NCBI GenBank assembly: GCA_044229145.1
Contig: JBGATO010000001.1
Location: 97,210-161,209, forward strand
DNA length: 64,000 nucleotides
Direction of reading: 5' to 3'
Source: Candidatus Eiseniibacteriota bacterium
Lineage (GTDB): Bacteria; Eisenbacteria; RBG-16-71-46; CAZEPH01
The position numbers and the translations under genes are program-made. Below, in pieces: positions 29,155-38,609 of this stretch. Under the pieces are notes generated by a model. It searched no databases. It had not been told where the DNA came from and saw only the letters and a list, made by a program, of their open reading frames with translations. Position 1 is the first letter of the stretch. The number at the start of each line of letters is the position of its first letter.

Positions 29155-29782
29155 CCCAGATTGCCTCCATGTGGCGCACCAGGTCCTGGTGCGACAGCCG
29201 CTCCGCCCGCCACAGCGTCTCGAACACCTGGTGCTTCCGTCCGCGCACGCGGCCGAACAGGTCGCGGAAGATCGCCCGGCGTTCCTTCTTCGTCACCGTG
29301 GGATGACCGCGGCGCCGCAAGCGCCCGTCGATCCACACGTTCCACACTTCGTTGAAGGCGTCGCGCAAGGCGCGCGGGATCTTCCAGCAGTCGATTCCGT
29401 GCACCACGTCGTCGCGCAGATGCGAAAGTTCGTGGAGGATCGTCCCCTCGAAGGTGCGGCGCGAGAAGCGCCGGCCGCTGATCTGCGAATGGTGCGTCTT
29501 GGCCCGCCCCAGCACGCGACGGCCGTCGCGCGTCAGGAAGTTCCCCATGTCGAGTTGCAGATAGACCGTGTACGGCTTGGCCACCGACCACTGGATGTGC
29601 GCTTCGTCGCCGAAGTCGTCGACGTGCACGTGGACGTGGACCTCGCGCAGCAATGGCGCCAGGCGCATGCGCGACAACGCGCCGCGCAGGATCGCCTCGG
29701 CGCGATCGCGGAACACGAAGGTCTCGGGCGACCAGTAGATGCGGACGTGCGGGGGGACGCGTGTGGACCGGTGACGCGCCAT
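29147..29782 (-). CDS. Hypothetical basic protein with HExxH motif (putative zinc metallopeptidase)
   Basis: ILHELSHLRD; non-repetitive 211 aa ORF; upstream TGCTATGAT extended -10 and AGGGAG RBS. Confidence 0.65.
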   Translation of the reverse strand: MARHRSTRVPPHVRIYWSPETFVFRDRAEAILRGALSRMRLAPLLREVHVHVHVDDFGDEAHIQWSVAKPYTVYLQLDMGNFLTRDGRRVLGRAKTHHSQISGRRFSRRTFEGTILHELSHLRDDVVHGIDCWKIPRALRDAFNEVWNVWIDGRLRRRGHPTVTKKERRAIFRDLFGRVRGRKHQVFETLWRAERLSHQDLVRHMEAIWAK

Positions 29783-29855
29783 GATTCGGGCTCCCTTCTG
29801 GTGACGACGGCGCCCGGATCCCGTGGAATACCGGCGCCGTGTGCCCGATCATAGC

Positions 29856-29890
29856 AAACGCGGCGGACGGTTCGGCCCGTTCGCCGCGTT
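29856..29890 (-). terminator. Putative intrinsic terminator
   Basis: AACGCGGCG/CGCCGCGTT stem with short U tail downstream of 29944. Confidence 0.4.
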
Positions 29891-29943
29891 ACATTCACCT
29901 CACACCTGAGCTTGTCAGCCCAAGTAGCTATGTCCCAGTGTGT

Positions 29944-30426
29944 TTAGCGCCGGGTCCAATTCCGCTGGTCATCGCCCCAGATGGCGGTGTCGCGCAGGTA
30001 GTTGCTCCCCACCATGTCGACCCGGAGCGAGAAGTTCTTGCTGGGCTGGTAGTTGAGCCGGAGGCTCTCGAGCGACATCTTGCCGGCGTCGCCGGGGTAG
30101 CGCGGCGTGCCCATCAGGCGGTTCCCCACCGTCACCGCAGCGCTCAGCGGGCCGCCCATGTCGTACGACAGCGTGCTGTACGCCATGCTGCGGAAGCCGT
30201 CCGCGCCGCTGCCGAAGCCCGAACTCATGACCACCATGTTCGAGAAGTGCAGCCGCGACGGGTCGAAGATGCGGCTGGCGAGCGAGGTCGGGGCCGGGTC
30301 CGCGGCGTCCGGCACCCCGAGCGACGGTGTGGTCGAAGCCGACGGCGGAACCGTGAAAGCGCCGGCGAATGCGGTGGCACTCACGCACAACAGCGCGGCA
30401 GCGGCGACGACAGAGACACGCAGCAT
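29944..30426 (-). CDS. Secreted hypothetical protein
   Basis: Signal peptide MLRVSVVAAAALLCVSATAFA; GGAGG RBS; beta-strand-like mature region. Confidence 0.75.
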   Translation of the reverse strand: MLRVSVVAAAALLCVSATAFAGAFTVPPSASTTPSLGVPDAADPAPTSLASRIFDPSRLHFSNMVVMSSGFGSGADGFRSMAYSTLSYDMGGPLSAAVTVGNRLMGTPRYPGDAGKMSLESLRLNYQPSKNFSLRVDMVGSNYLRDTAIWGDDQRNWTRR

Positions 30427-30475
30427 CGAACAGTACCTCCCGTTCCGTGGGTCCCGAGGGGGACGTGCGAACACG

Positions 30476-31423
30476 CTACGACGCGCGCGGCGCCGTGTCA
30501 ACGACATGAGACCCTTCGCGAGCCCATCGCGTTGCGGCCAGAGCCAGGGTCCGCGCGTGAATGGTCACCGTATCCTCGAGCCGACGGGCATAGCCGCCCG
30601 CCAGCACGATCGCCACCGCGGCGCCGGCCTCGCGCGCGAGGTCGATCACACAGGCATCGCGAGCCGCCAAATCGTCGAGCGTGAGCGCCAGCCCGCCGAG
30701 CTGATCGTCGATGTAGGGATCGGCGCCCGCGACGTAGAACACCAGTTCCGGGCGCGCGGTCGCCAGCAATCGCGGCAGGTGCGCGCGCAGCAGCGCCAGG
30801 TACTCCTCCCCGCCGGTGCCATCGTCCAGTCCGAGGTCGAGATCACTCGGCGGTTTGACCGCCGGGTAGTTGTTCTCCTGGTGCATCGAGAAGGTCGTCA
30901 CACGCGGGTCACCGGCGAAGATGGCCGCGGTGCCGTTGCCCTGATGCACGTCGAGATCGACCACCAGCGTGCGTTCCAGCGCCCCGTCCGCCATCAGGCG
31001 GCGGATGGCGATGGCGACGTCGTGCAACGCGCAGAATCCCTCGCCGTGGCCGGGGAACGCGTGGTGGAAGCCACCGCCGACGTGTCCGGCGAGTCCGTGG
31101 CGGAGCGCCGCGCGCGCCGCTGCGATCGACCCGCCGGAGGCCAGCCACGCCATCTCCGCCACTCCCGGCGACCACGGCATCTCGAGCCGCAGGATCTCGT
31201 CCAGCGCCAGGGTGCCGTCTCGCAATCGCGTGGCATACCCGCGCTCGTGCACGCGGAACACGTCGTCGTCCGTGGCCGGCTCCGGCTGGAGGAGATCGCC
31301 TGGCGCGATGACACCTTCGCCGAGCAGTCGTTCGACGACCAGCGCGTACTTCCGCATCGGGAACACATGCGGCCCGATGTCGATGCCGTAGCGCTCGGAG
31401 AAGACGACGGGAAGGCCAGCCAT
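30476..31423 (-). CDS. Histone deacetylase family protein
   Basis: HVFPMRKY, GGGFHHA, GEGFC, DLDVHQGNGT, AGADP, LAGGY. Confidence 0.93.
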   Translation of the reverse strand: MAGLPVVFSERYGIDIGPHVFPMRKYALVVERLLGEGVIAPGDLLQPEPATDDDVFRVHERGYATRLRDGTLALDEILRLEMPWSPGVAEMAWLASGGSIAAARAALRHGLAGHVGGGFHHAFPGHGEGFCALHDVAIAIRRLMADGALERTLVVDLDVHQGNGTAAIFAGDPRVTTFSMHQENNYPAVKPPSDLDLGLDDGTGGEEYLALLRAHLPRLLATARPELVFYVAGADPYIDDQLGGLALTLDDLAARDACVIDLAREAGAAVAIVLAGGYARRLEDTVTIHARTLALAATRWAREGSHVVDTAPRAS

Positions 31424-31430
31424 CAGTGCC

Positions 31431-32402
31431 TCACGCGCCTCCGTGCGACGCGTGGTCGTGCTCGTGGCCGTGAGAATGGGCCTCACCGTGACCATGCCCG
31501 TGCAGATGCAGCGAGTCAGCGTCCTCGTCGTGCACCAGATCGAGGTCGTGCGGATGCGCCTCCGCGGCCTCCGGCGACTCGAACTCCAGCGTCACGTGCT
31601 TGATGCCGAAGTCGCCCTCCAGCACGCGGCGAATCTCGCGCGCCAGCTGCGCGGTGGCGTGCAGATCCTCCGCCGTGGTCACCACGTGCGCGGTGCCGAC
31701 GACGAGATACGAACAGGCATGCCACAAGCGCAGGTCCGGCACGTCGACGATGCCGTCGATCCGCCGCATCGCCGCGACCACGTCCGCGGGGTCGACGTGG
31801 GTGCGCTGGAGCAGGATCCCACCACTGCGGCGCACGACGCCCAGTGCGCTCCACGCCACCGGCAGAGACACCACCGCCGCCGCCACCGGGTCGATCCATG
31901 CACGTCCGGTGAACCGCACCGCCACGAGGGCGAACAGCACGCCGGCCGTCCACATCGCGTCGGCCATGACGTGCAAGTACGCGGCACGCTGATTGAGGTC
32001 GTCATCCTCCGGGTGCAGCCAAATCGCCACCGCGAGGTTGATGACCAGACTGGCCCCCACGAGGGGCAATGCGCCTTCGACCTCGACCGGCTTGAGCGAC
32101 ATCAGCCGCAGCACGCAACTCACCAGCACGCCGACCGACACCACCAACAGGACGCCGCCGTTGAGCAACGCCGAGACCACTTCGAGGCGATGCCAGCCGA
32201 AGTGCATGCGTTCGTTCGCCGTCGCGCCCAGGGCGACGCGCAGCGCGAGGGCGCCGAGTCCGAGCGCCAGCGCGTCGGCCAGGTTGTGCATGCCGTCCGA
32301 CACCACGGCCACCGAGTGCACCAGCGTCCCGCCGAGCATCTCGATGACCGCGAGCACGCCGAACACCGTCGCGGCGATGACGAAGCGCGACCGGCGTGTC
32401 AT
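31431..32402 (-). CDS. Cation diffusion facilitator (CzcD/ZitB-like) with His-rich tail
   Basis: SDGMHNLAD, FGWHRLE, AAYLHVMAD, HVTLEFE, HLHGHGHGEAHSHGHEHDH. Confidence 0.92.
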   Translation of the reverse strand: MTRRSRFVIAATVFGVLAVIEMLGGTLVHSVAVVSDGMHNLADALALGLGALALRVALGATANERMHFGWHRLEVVSALLNGGVLLVVSVGVLVSCVLRLMSLKPVEVEGALPLVGASLVINLAVAIWLHPEDDDLNQRAAYLHVMADAMWTAGVLFALVAVRFTGRAWIDPVAAAVVSLPVAWSALGVVRRSGGILLQRTHVDPADVVAAMRRIDGIVDVPDLRLWHACSYLVVGTAHVVTTAEDLHATAQLAREIRRVLEGDFGIKHVTLEFESPEAAEAHPHDLDLVHDEDADSLHLHGHGHGEAHSHGHEHDHASHGGA

Positions 32403-32492
32403 CGCGCGCGCTCGGCGCCGGTGAGGCGCGGCTGTGCTACGATGCGGCGCCCGTACGGGGCGGCGAGTGCGGGACTGGACGGAGACCGATCC

Positions 32493-32987
32493 ATGGTGCT
32501 GGCGATCGTGATGGTGTGCCTCCTCGTCTGCTACGGCGTGTCGTGGCACCGCGATGCCGTGCGCACGCGTTCGGCAGCGCGCCGCGGCATCGGACTGCTC
32601 GGCGGCATGGCGAGCCAGCTCCTCGCGCTGCTTCTCGCGATGGGCCTGCTCCGCGCCTGGATGCCGCATGGCCCGTCGGCCGCCGCGTTGCAGCGTCTGC
32701 ACGGAATCCCCGCCATCCTGGGCGCCTCGGTGATCGGTGCGATGAGCTCCGGCGGACCGGTCGTCTCCTATCCGATCGCCGGCGCGCTCTTCCAGGGCGG
32801 TACCGGCCTGCCGGCCGGCGTCACCGCGGCCTTGCTGACCGCCTGGACATCGGTCTCCGGCTTCGGCCTTCCGGTCGAAGCGGCGGCCCTCGGGCGGCGC
32901 TTCGCCCTGGTGCGCAACGGCGTCGCCCTGCTCGCCTCCTGCGCCGTCGGGCTGGGGGTCGCCCTGCTGTTCGGCCGGCAGGCGTGA
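32493..32987 (+). CDS. Small predicted permease subunit (DUF318-like half)
   Basis: Hydrophobic; GGPVVSYPI, PVEAAALGRRFALVRN; TGATG coupling to next gene. Confidence 0.72.
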   Translation: MVLAIVMVCLLVCYGVSWHRDAVRTRSAARRGIGLLGGMASQLLALLLAMGLLRAWMPHGPSAAALQRLHGIPAILGASVIGAMSSGGPVVSYPIAGALFQGGTGLPAGVTAALLTAWTSVSGFGLPVEAAALGRRFALVRNGVALLASCAVGLGVALLFGRQA

Positions 32988-33514
32988 TGGGCGCGCTGCT
33001 CCGGCGACACGCCCTGCTCGCGGCGGTGCTGCTCGGCTACGCCGTCACTGCGGTGGTGCGCCCGGCCTTGCTCGCGCCGGCGCTCGGCACCACCGCGGTC
33101 TTCCTGGCGCAGATCGGCCTCCTCTTGGTGGCGGCGTACTGTTTTCTCGGGCTGTTCGAGGAGTGGGTGTCGCCCCGTCTCCTCGCACGCGCCATCGGTG
33201 ACCAGGCGCCCCTGCCGCGCGCGCTGACGATCGCCGCGCTCGCCGGGTCGTGCGCGACCGGGCCGGTGTACCTGACCTATCCGCTGGCGACCTTGCTCGC
33301 CGGCGCCGGTGCCCGCCTCGCGACGATCGTGACGTTCATGTCCGCGTGGCAAATCGTCAAGCTGACGTTTCTGCCCTTCGAGTTCCAGTTCCTCGGCGCG
33401 CGGTTCGCCTTGTGCCGGCTCGTGTGCGCGGCGCTCGTCCCGGTGCCGGCGGGGCTGCTGGCGGAGGCGGCCTTGCGCCTGCTCGGCGTGCGCGCGCTCC
33501 CGCGCCGCGACTAG
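32987..33514 (+). CDS. Small predicted permease subunit (DUF318-like half)
   Basis: Hydrophobic; GLFEEWV, GPVYLTYPL, PFEFQFLGARFALCR. Confidence 0.75.
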   Translation: MGALLRRHALLAAVLLGYAVTAVVRPALLAPALGTTAVFLAQIGLLLVAAYCFLGLFEEWVSPRLLARAIGDQAPLPRALTIAALAGSCATGPVYLTYPLATLLAGAGARLATIVTFMSAWQIVKLTFLPFEFQFLGARFALCRLVCAALVPVPAGLLAEAALRLLGVRALPRRD

Positions 33515-34683
33515 CCGCCGAGCTGCGCGCGCAGCATCGCCGCAGCGGCCGTCAGATCCGCGCCCGCCCCGAGCGCGCCGCGGGCGAACTCCGCCGCACC
33601 GCCGCCTTTGCCGCCGAACGCCGCCGTCACCTCGCGGACGATGCCGCCGGCCGCCGGGCCGCCCGCCGGAACCGCAACCAGGAGGTCGGCGCCCTTCTCC
33701 GGCGTCCGCGGCGGCACCAGCACTGCGCACGCCACGCCGCGCGACGCCACCGTCTTGGCGAATTCGGCCGCGCGCTCCGGCGTCCAGCCATCTCCCACGC
33801 GGACGTCGAGGCCAGGCGCGGACACTGTCGCCGCGTCGGCGCGCGCAACCTCGAGCGTCAACGTGTCTGCCATCTTGCGGGCCGTGCGCAACTGCTCGTC
33901 GAGCTTGTCCACCGCAGCGCCGATCTCGCTGTCGCGCGTCGTGAAGCGCACGGCCAGCGCGCCCACGATCTCGCGGCGTGCGCGCGCGTGGCGCAGCGCG
34001 CGCATGCCGCACACGAAGGTCAGGCGCGTGGTCTGCCGCACACGCTCGGTGGCCAGCAGGTGCACGGCACCGATCTCGCCGGTCGCACGCACGTGCGTGC
34101 CGCCGCACGCGCTGTGATCGACGTCGCCCATCGACACCACGCGCAGGTTGTCGTGCACTGCGGGATCCTTGCGCAGGCGCAGCGTCGCGCGTTCGCCATC
34201 GTCCACGAAGCGCGCCCGCACCGGCAGATCGTCCCAGATGCGCGCGTTGACGAGTTCCTCGGCCCGCGTCAGCGCGTCGGTGCCGAGTGCCGGGACGTCG
34301 AGGTCGATCGTGCAGGTCTCCTCGCCCATGTGGAAGGACACCGTCGGCGCGCGGAAGTGCTCGTCGAGGATCGCAGAGAGCAGGTGCTGGCCGCTGTGCT
34401 GTTGCATGTGATCGCGCCGGCGTTCGGCGTCGATGGTCCCGCGCACGAGACCGTCCCCCGGCGCCACATCGCAGACGTGCACGATCTCGCTGCCGTCCTC
34501 GACGACGTCGAGGACGCGTGCGGCGCCAAGCGTGCCCGTGTCGAACAGCTGCCCCCCCGCGGTCGGATAGAAAGCCGTGCGATCGAGCCACACGGCGACA
34601 CCGCGCTCGTGCGGCCGCGTCTCGCGCACGGCGGCGTCGAAAGCGAGCAACGTGCTGTCGTCGAGATAGAGCCGGTCGGTCAT
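33511..34683 (-). CDS. Alanyl-tRNA editing protein (AlaX-L type) with DHHA1 domain
   Basis: TDRLY, TAFYPTAGGQ, MQQHSGQH, ACGGTHV, GGKGGG. Confidence 0.9.
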   Translation of the reverse strand: MTDRLYLDDSTLLAFDAAVRETRPHERGVAVWLDRTAFYPTAGGQLFDTGTLGAARVLDVVEDGSEIVHVCDVAPGDGLVRGTIDAERRRDHMQQHSGQHLLSAILDEHFRAPTVSFHMGEETCTIDLDVPALGTDALTRAEELVNARIWDDLPVRARFVDDGERATLRLRKDPAVHDNLRVVSMGDVDHSACGGTHVRATGEIGAVHLLATERVRQTTRLTFVCGMRALRHARARREIVGALAVRFTTRDSEIGAAVDKLDEQLRTARKMADTLTLEVARADAATVSAPGLDVRVGDGWTPERAAEFAKTVASRGVACAVLVPPRTPEKGADLLVAVPAGGPAAGGIVREVTAAFGGKGGGAAEFARGALGAGADLTAAAAMLRAQLGG

Positions 34684-36143
34684 GCGTTGGGATCCTCGTC
34701 GAAGACGATCGCGCCTCCGGCCAGCGTGCAGCGCACGTGCGCGCCGGCGAAGGCGACGAGATGCGCGGGGTCACCGACGCGCAGCGGCGTCGAGCCGTAT
34801 GCGGCAAACGCCGCCTCGCGCGGCAGCGCGTCCGGATTCGCGGCATCGGTGGCTACCGCGACGGCGGCGAGAACATCGGGCTCGACCACCGGCGCGTCGC
34901 TGCCGAACAGCAGCGGCACGCCCGCGCGCGCCAGCGTGGACCAGGCGTGAGTGTGCAGCGCATGCCCGTGCAGACTGCGCGCGACCAGTGGCGCATCGAG
35001 CGGCGCGTGGAGCGGCTGCATCGAGGCGGTCAGGCCGCAGGCCGCAAGCCGGCGCTCGTCGCCCACCGCGACGTGCTGCGCGTGCTCGACACGCATCGGC
35101 GGCACCGCGCCCCACGCGGGATCCCAGCGGTCGTGGACGTCGCACAGCAGCTGCACCGCGCGATCGCCAATCGCGTGGACCGCCGCCGTAAGTCCCGCCT
35201 CGCCCGTGACCCGGAGCCGCTCCAGCATGTCAGCCGCCGAGAGGCACAGCAGCCCGGTGCTGTGCGGGTCGTCGCTATACGGGTGGCAGAACGCCGCCGA
35301 GTGCGAACCCAGCGAACCGTCGAGAAACGACTTCGTGCCGGCGAGCCGCACACGTGTGCGGTCCCCCCGCGATGCGCGATCCGCCTGCACCGCGGCGAGT
35401 TCATCGAAGCGCGCGAAAAACGTCACGTCGAGCCAGAGATCGCCGCGGCGCTCGGCGTCGCGCAGCGTGACGTACGCCGACTCGCCCTCCATCGCGTGCA
35501 CCGCGGTGACGCCGCGCGCGAAGAACCCGCCCTGGGCGGCGCGTGTGAATTCGTGCCGCTCGCTGTCTCCCGGCTCCGGGCGCGCGTCGAGCACCGGCAG
35601 CATCGCCGTGTCGCGCAGCACGCCGGTGAGCCGGCCGTGCGAATCACGGTCGACGGCGCCTCCCAGCGGTGTGGTCATCGTCTCGTCGACGCCGGCACGC
35701 GCCAAGGCGGCGGAGTTGGCCCACAGCGCGTGTCCATCGAGCGCGCCGAGCACTGTCGGCACGTCGCCGGTGATGGCATCGAGCGCCTCACGCGATGCGG
35801 GATGGTCGGCCGGACGCCAGCCCTCGATCTGCAGCCAGCCGTTGCGCGGATGTGTCGCGACTCGGGCCGCGACCGCCATCAACACGGCGTCGACATCACC
35901 GCGTTCGCGGACGTCGAGCACGTGGCTGCGTTCGCCGTACCACAGCGGGTGTGTGTGATGGTCGGTGAAGCTGCGGCGAATCTCCGCGTCGCCCACGTCG
36001 CGCACGCGATCGGCGGAGCCGATGCGCTCACGCGCCTCGACGCGCGAACCCAGCCACACCACGCGTCCGCCGCTCACCGCGCAGGCTTCCGCGACGACGC
36101 CTTCCGCGTTCGCGACATCCCGGCCGAGCAGATACAGCGCCAC
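34680..36143 (-). CDS. Amidohydrolase (YtcJ-like)
   Basis: FTDHHTH, GHALWANSAAL, KSFLDGSLGS, VHAIGD, RVEHAQ, FGSDAPV; TAGTG overlap with upstream stop. Confidence 0.88.
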   Translation of the reverse strand: MALYLLGRDVANAEGVVAEACAVSGGRVVWLGSRVEARERIGSADRVRDVGDAEIRRSFTDHHTHPLWYGERSHVLDVRERGDVDAVLMAVAARVATHPRNGWLQIEGWRPADHPASREALDAITGDVPTVLGALDGHALWANSAALARAGVDETMTTPLGGAVDRDSHGRLTGVLRDTAMLPVLDARPEPGDSERHEFTRAAQGGFFARGVTAVHAMEGESAYVTLRDAERRGDLWLDVTFFARFDELAAVQADRASRGDRTRVRLAGTKSFLDGSLGSHSAAFCHPYSDDPHSTGLLCLSAADMLERLRVTGEAGLTAAVHAIGDRAVQLLCDVHDRWDPAWGAVPPMRVEHAQHVAVGDERRLAACGLTASMQPLHAPLDAPLVARSLHGHALHTHAWSTLARAGVPLLFGSDAPVVEPDVLAAVAVATDAANPDALPREAAFAAYGSTPLRVGDPAHLVAFAGAHVRCTLAGGAIVFDEDPNA

Positions 36144-37069
36144 TACACCGCCTCCGCGTCGTCGAGCAGATCGTCGGCGACGGTGCCCGGCACCACGCAC
36201 TCGACGCCGCCATCGGCGCGCAGCCGTCCCATCCCGACCGTGCTGTCGTGATCCCAGATCAACAGCCAGCCGTGGGCCAGCGCGTCGGTGAGCGCGCGCT
36301 GTTTCTGCTCGATCACGCGCAATGGTTCGAGGTCGAACGCGGTGTTCCACGCCGGCTTGACGTGATGGGTCGTGCACACCAAATCGCCCATGTAGAGCGC
36401 GCGCTCGCCGCCGCCGTCGACGGCGATCATCTGGTGGCCGGGCGTGTGACCCGCCGTGACGACGGTGCGCACGCCGGGCGCAATCTCGATGTCGCCGTCG
36501 ATGAGGTCGAGCAGACCGTGGCGCTCGAGCGGCAGGTAGTTGTCGGGATAGTACGAGCCGCGGCCGATGACCGGCGGGTCGAGCGCGGCGGCCCACTCGG
36601 CGCGCTGCACGAGGTGCCGGGCGTGCGGAAACGTCGGCTGCAACTCCCCCGCCGCGTCACGATACGTCGCGCCGCCGGCGTGATCGGTGTGCAAATGCGT
36701 GAAGACGACGGTGCGCACATCAGCGGCCGTGAACCCGGCGCGCGCCAGCGAGGCGAGCAGCAGTGACCGCCGCGACGGGCGCCAGATGCCTGCGAGCTTG
36801 GCATCGTCCCGCAGCTTCGCCCCCATGCCGGTGTCGACGAGGATCGGCCCCTCCGGCGTGACGATGAGCAGACAATGCAGCGCGACGCGCATGCGGTTGG
36901 CGGCGTCGGCGTCGACACGGCGCTCCCACATTTCCTTGGGCACCAGGCCGAAGAACGTCCCGGCGTCGCTGCGATAGTGGCCGTCGGTGAGCAGATGCAA
37001 CGTGTGCGGGCCGAGTTGATACCACGGCTGGTCGGCGGAGGCGACGCGAAGCGCGGCGGAGTCTGACAT
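36143..37069 (-). CDS. MBL-fold metallo-hydrolase (YtnP-like)
   Basis: FGLVPK, LVDTG, THLHTDHAGG, GHTPGH, GDL, WDHD. Confidence 0.9.
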   Translation of the reverse strand: MSDSAALRVASADQPWYQLGPHTLHLLTDGHYRSDAGTFFGLVPKEMWERRVDADAANRMRVALHCLLIVTPEGPILVDTGMGAKLRDDAKLAGIWRPSRRSLLLASLARAGFTAADVRTVVFTHLHTDHAGGATYRDAAGELQPTFPHARHLVQRAEWAAALDPPVIGRGSYYPDNYLPLERHGLLDLIDGDIEIAPGVRTVVTAGHTPGHQMIAVDGGGERALYMGDLVCTTHHVKPAWNTAFDLEPLRVIEQKQRALTDALAHGWLLIWDHDSTVGMGRLRADGGVECVVPGTVADDLLDDAEAV

Positions 37070-37139
37070 GCGCGGAGCATACAAAAACCGCCGGTGGGTC
37101 GCACCGGCGGAATCGTCGAATCATGCTGTCGTGCGCGCC

Positions 37140-38606
37140 CTACGGCATCCCGACCGCCATACGCGCCCACTCCACCACCGAGCCCGGGTGCACGCCGAGG
37201 ACGAGGACCATGACCAGCGAGATCGCCACCGCGAGCCCGGCGCCCAGCGCCATGCCCGGCGTCTGCACCTCGCTCACCGGCTCCTTCATGTACATGTAGA
37301 CCACGACGCGCAAGTAATAGTAGACGCTCACCACGCTGTTCAGCATCGCCAGCACTGCAGTCGGCACCTGGTTCGACTCGATCAGCGCCTTGAACAGATA
37401 CAGCTTGCTGAGGAAGCCGGCGGTCGGCGGCAAGCCCGCGAGCGACACCAAGAAGACCGTCATCGCCAGCGCGATCACCGGCTGACGCGAGGACAGGCCG
37501 GCGTAGTCGTCCAAGAACTCGTAGCGGCCGCGGCGGTTCAGCATCGCCAGCACCGCGAACGCCCCCATGTTCATGAACGAGTACACGGCGAGGTAGTAGA
37601 GCACCGCCGATGCGCTGTTGCCGTTGAACGCCGCGATCCCGGCGAACAGGTAGCCGATGTGCGCGATGCCGGAGTACGCCAGCATGCGCTTCATGTTGTC
37701 CTGCGCCACCGCGACCAAGTTGCCGAGCGTCATCGTCAGCACGCCGAGCACCAGGAACACGTCGACCCAATTGCGCGCCAGCATGTTCAGCTCGCCCGCG
37801 AAGATACGCAGCACGACGGCAAGCGCGGCTGCCTTCGGCGCGGCGCTCATGAACGCGGTCACCGCACTCGGCGCGCCTTCGTAGACGTCCGGCACCCACA
37901 TGTGGAATGGCACCACGCCGGCCTTGAAACCCATGCCGATCAGGATCAGCCCCAAGCCGCCGAGCAACAAGTACGGCGACACGTACTGACCGTACATTTG
38001 CAGGACGTACTGCATCATCGGGACCTGCGTGGTGCCGGTGGCACCGTAGAGCAAGCCGATACCGAAGAGCAGGAAGCCCGAGGCGAAAGCACCGAGCAGG
38101 AAGTACTTGAGCGCTGCCTCGGTCGAACGCCGCGCGGTGCGGAAGAAGCCCGCGAGCACGTACAGCGCCATCGACAGGATCTCGAGCCCGAGGAAGATCG
38201 CCATCAAGTCCTCGCTCATCACCATGATGAGCATGCCGATCGCCGCGAACAGCACCAGCGCATAGTATTCGCCGAGATACGACGTGGTCGCCGGCAGGTA
38301 GCTCGCGGAGAGCAGAACGGCGAGTCCGGTGCCCACCAGCACGACGAGCGACAGGAAGACCGCGACGCCGTCCACCACCAGCATGCCACTGTACGCGGGC
38401 TGGCGGCCGGTGAATCCCATCTGAAAGGTCAGCACGACCGCCGCCGCGATGCCGGCGAAGGCGATCGTCGCCAGCACGCCGCTGCGGAGCGGCAGCTTCA
38501 CCAGGTCGGCGAGCAGCACCACGATGCCGGCAACGGTCAGCACGATCATCGGCATGATGGCGTGCAGATCTTGCGCGGACGCGAACTGCGAGAAGTCGAT
38601 CGGCAT
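37140..38606 (-). CDS. nuoN: NADH-quinone oxidoreductase subunit N
   Basis: EAALKYF, FKAGVVPFHMWVPDVYEGAP, KRMLAYSGIAH, SLAGLPP. Confidence 0.95.
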   Translation of the reverse strand: MPIDFSQFASAQDLHAIMPMIVLTVAGIVVLLADLVKLPLRSGVLATIAFAGIAAAVVLTFQMGFTGRQPAYSGMLVVDGVAVFLSLVVLVGTGLAVLLSASYLPATTSYLGEYYALVLFAAIGMLIMVMSEDLMAIFLGLEILSMALYVLAGFFRTARRSTEAALKYFLLGAFASGFLLFGIGLLYGATGTTQVPMMQYVLQMYGQYVSPYLLLGGLGLILIGMGFKAGVVPFHMWVPDVYEGAPSAVTAFMSAAPKAAALAVVLRIFAGELNMLARNWVDVFLVLGVLTMTLGNLVAVAQDNMKRMLAYSGIAHIGYLFAGIAAFNGNSASAVLYYLAVYSFMNMGAFAVLAMLNRRGRYEFLDDYAGLSSRQPVIALAMTVFLVSLAGLPPTAGFLSKLYLFKALIESNQVPTAVLAMLNSVVSVYYYLRVVVYMYMKEPVSEVQTPGMALGAGLAVAISLVMVLVLGVHPGSVVEWARMAVGMP

Positions 38607-38609
38607 GGG

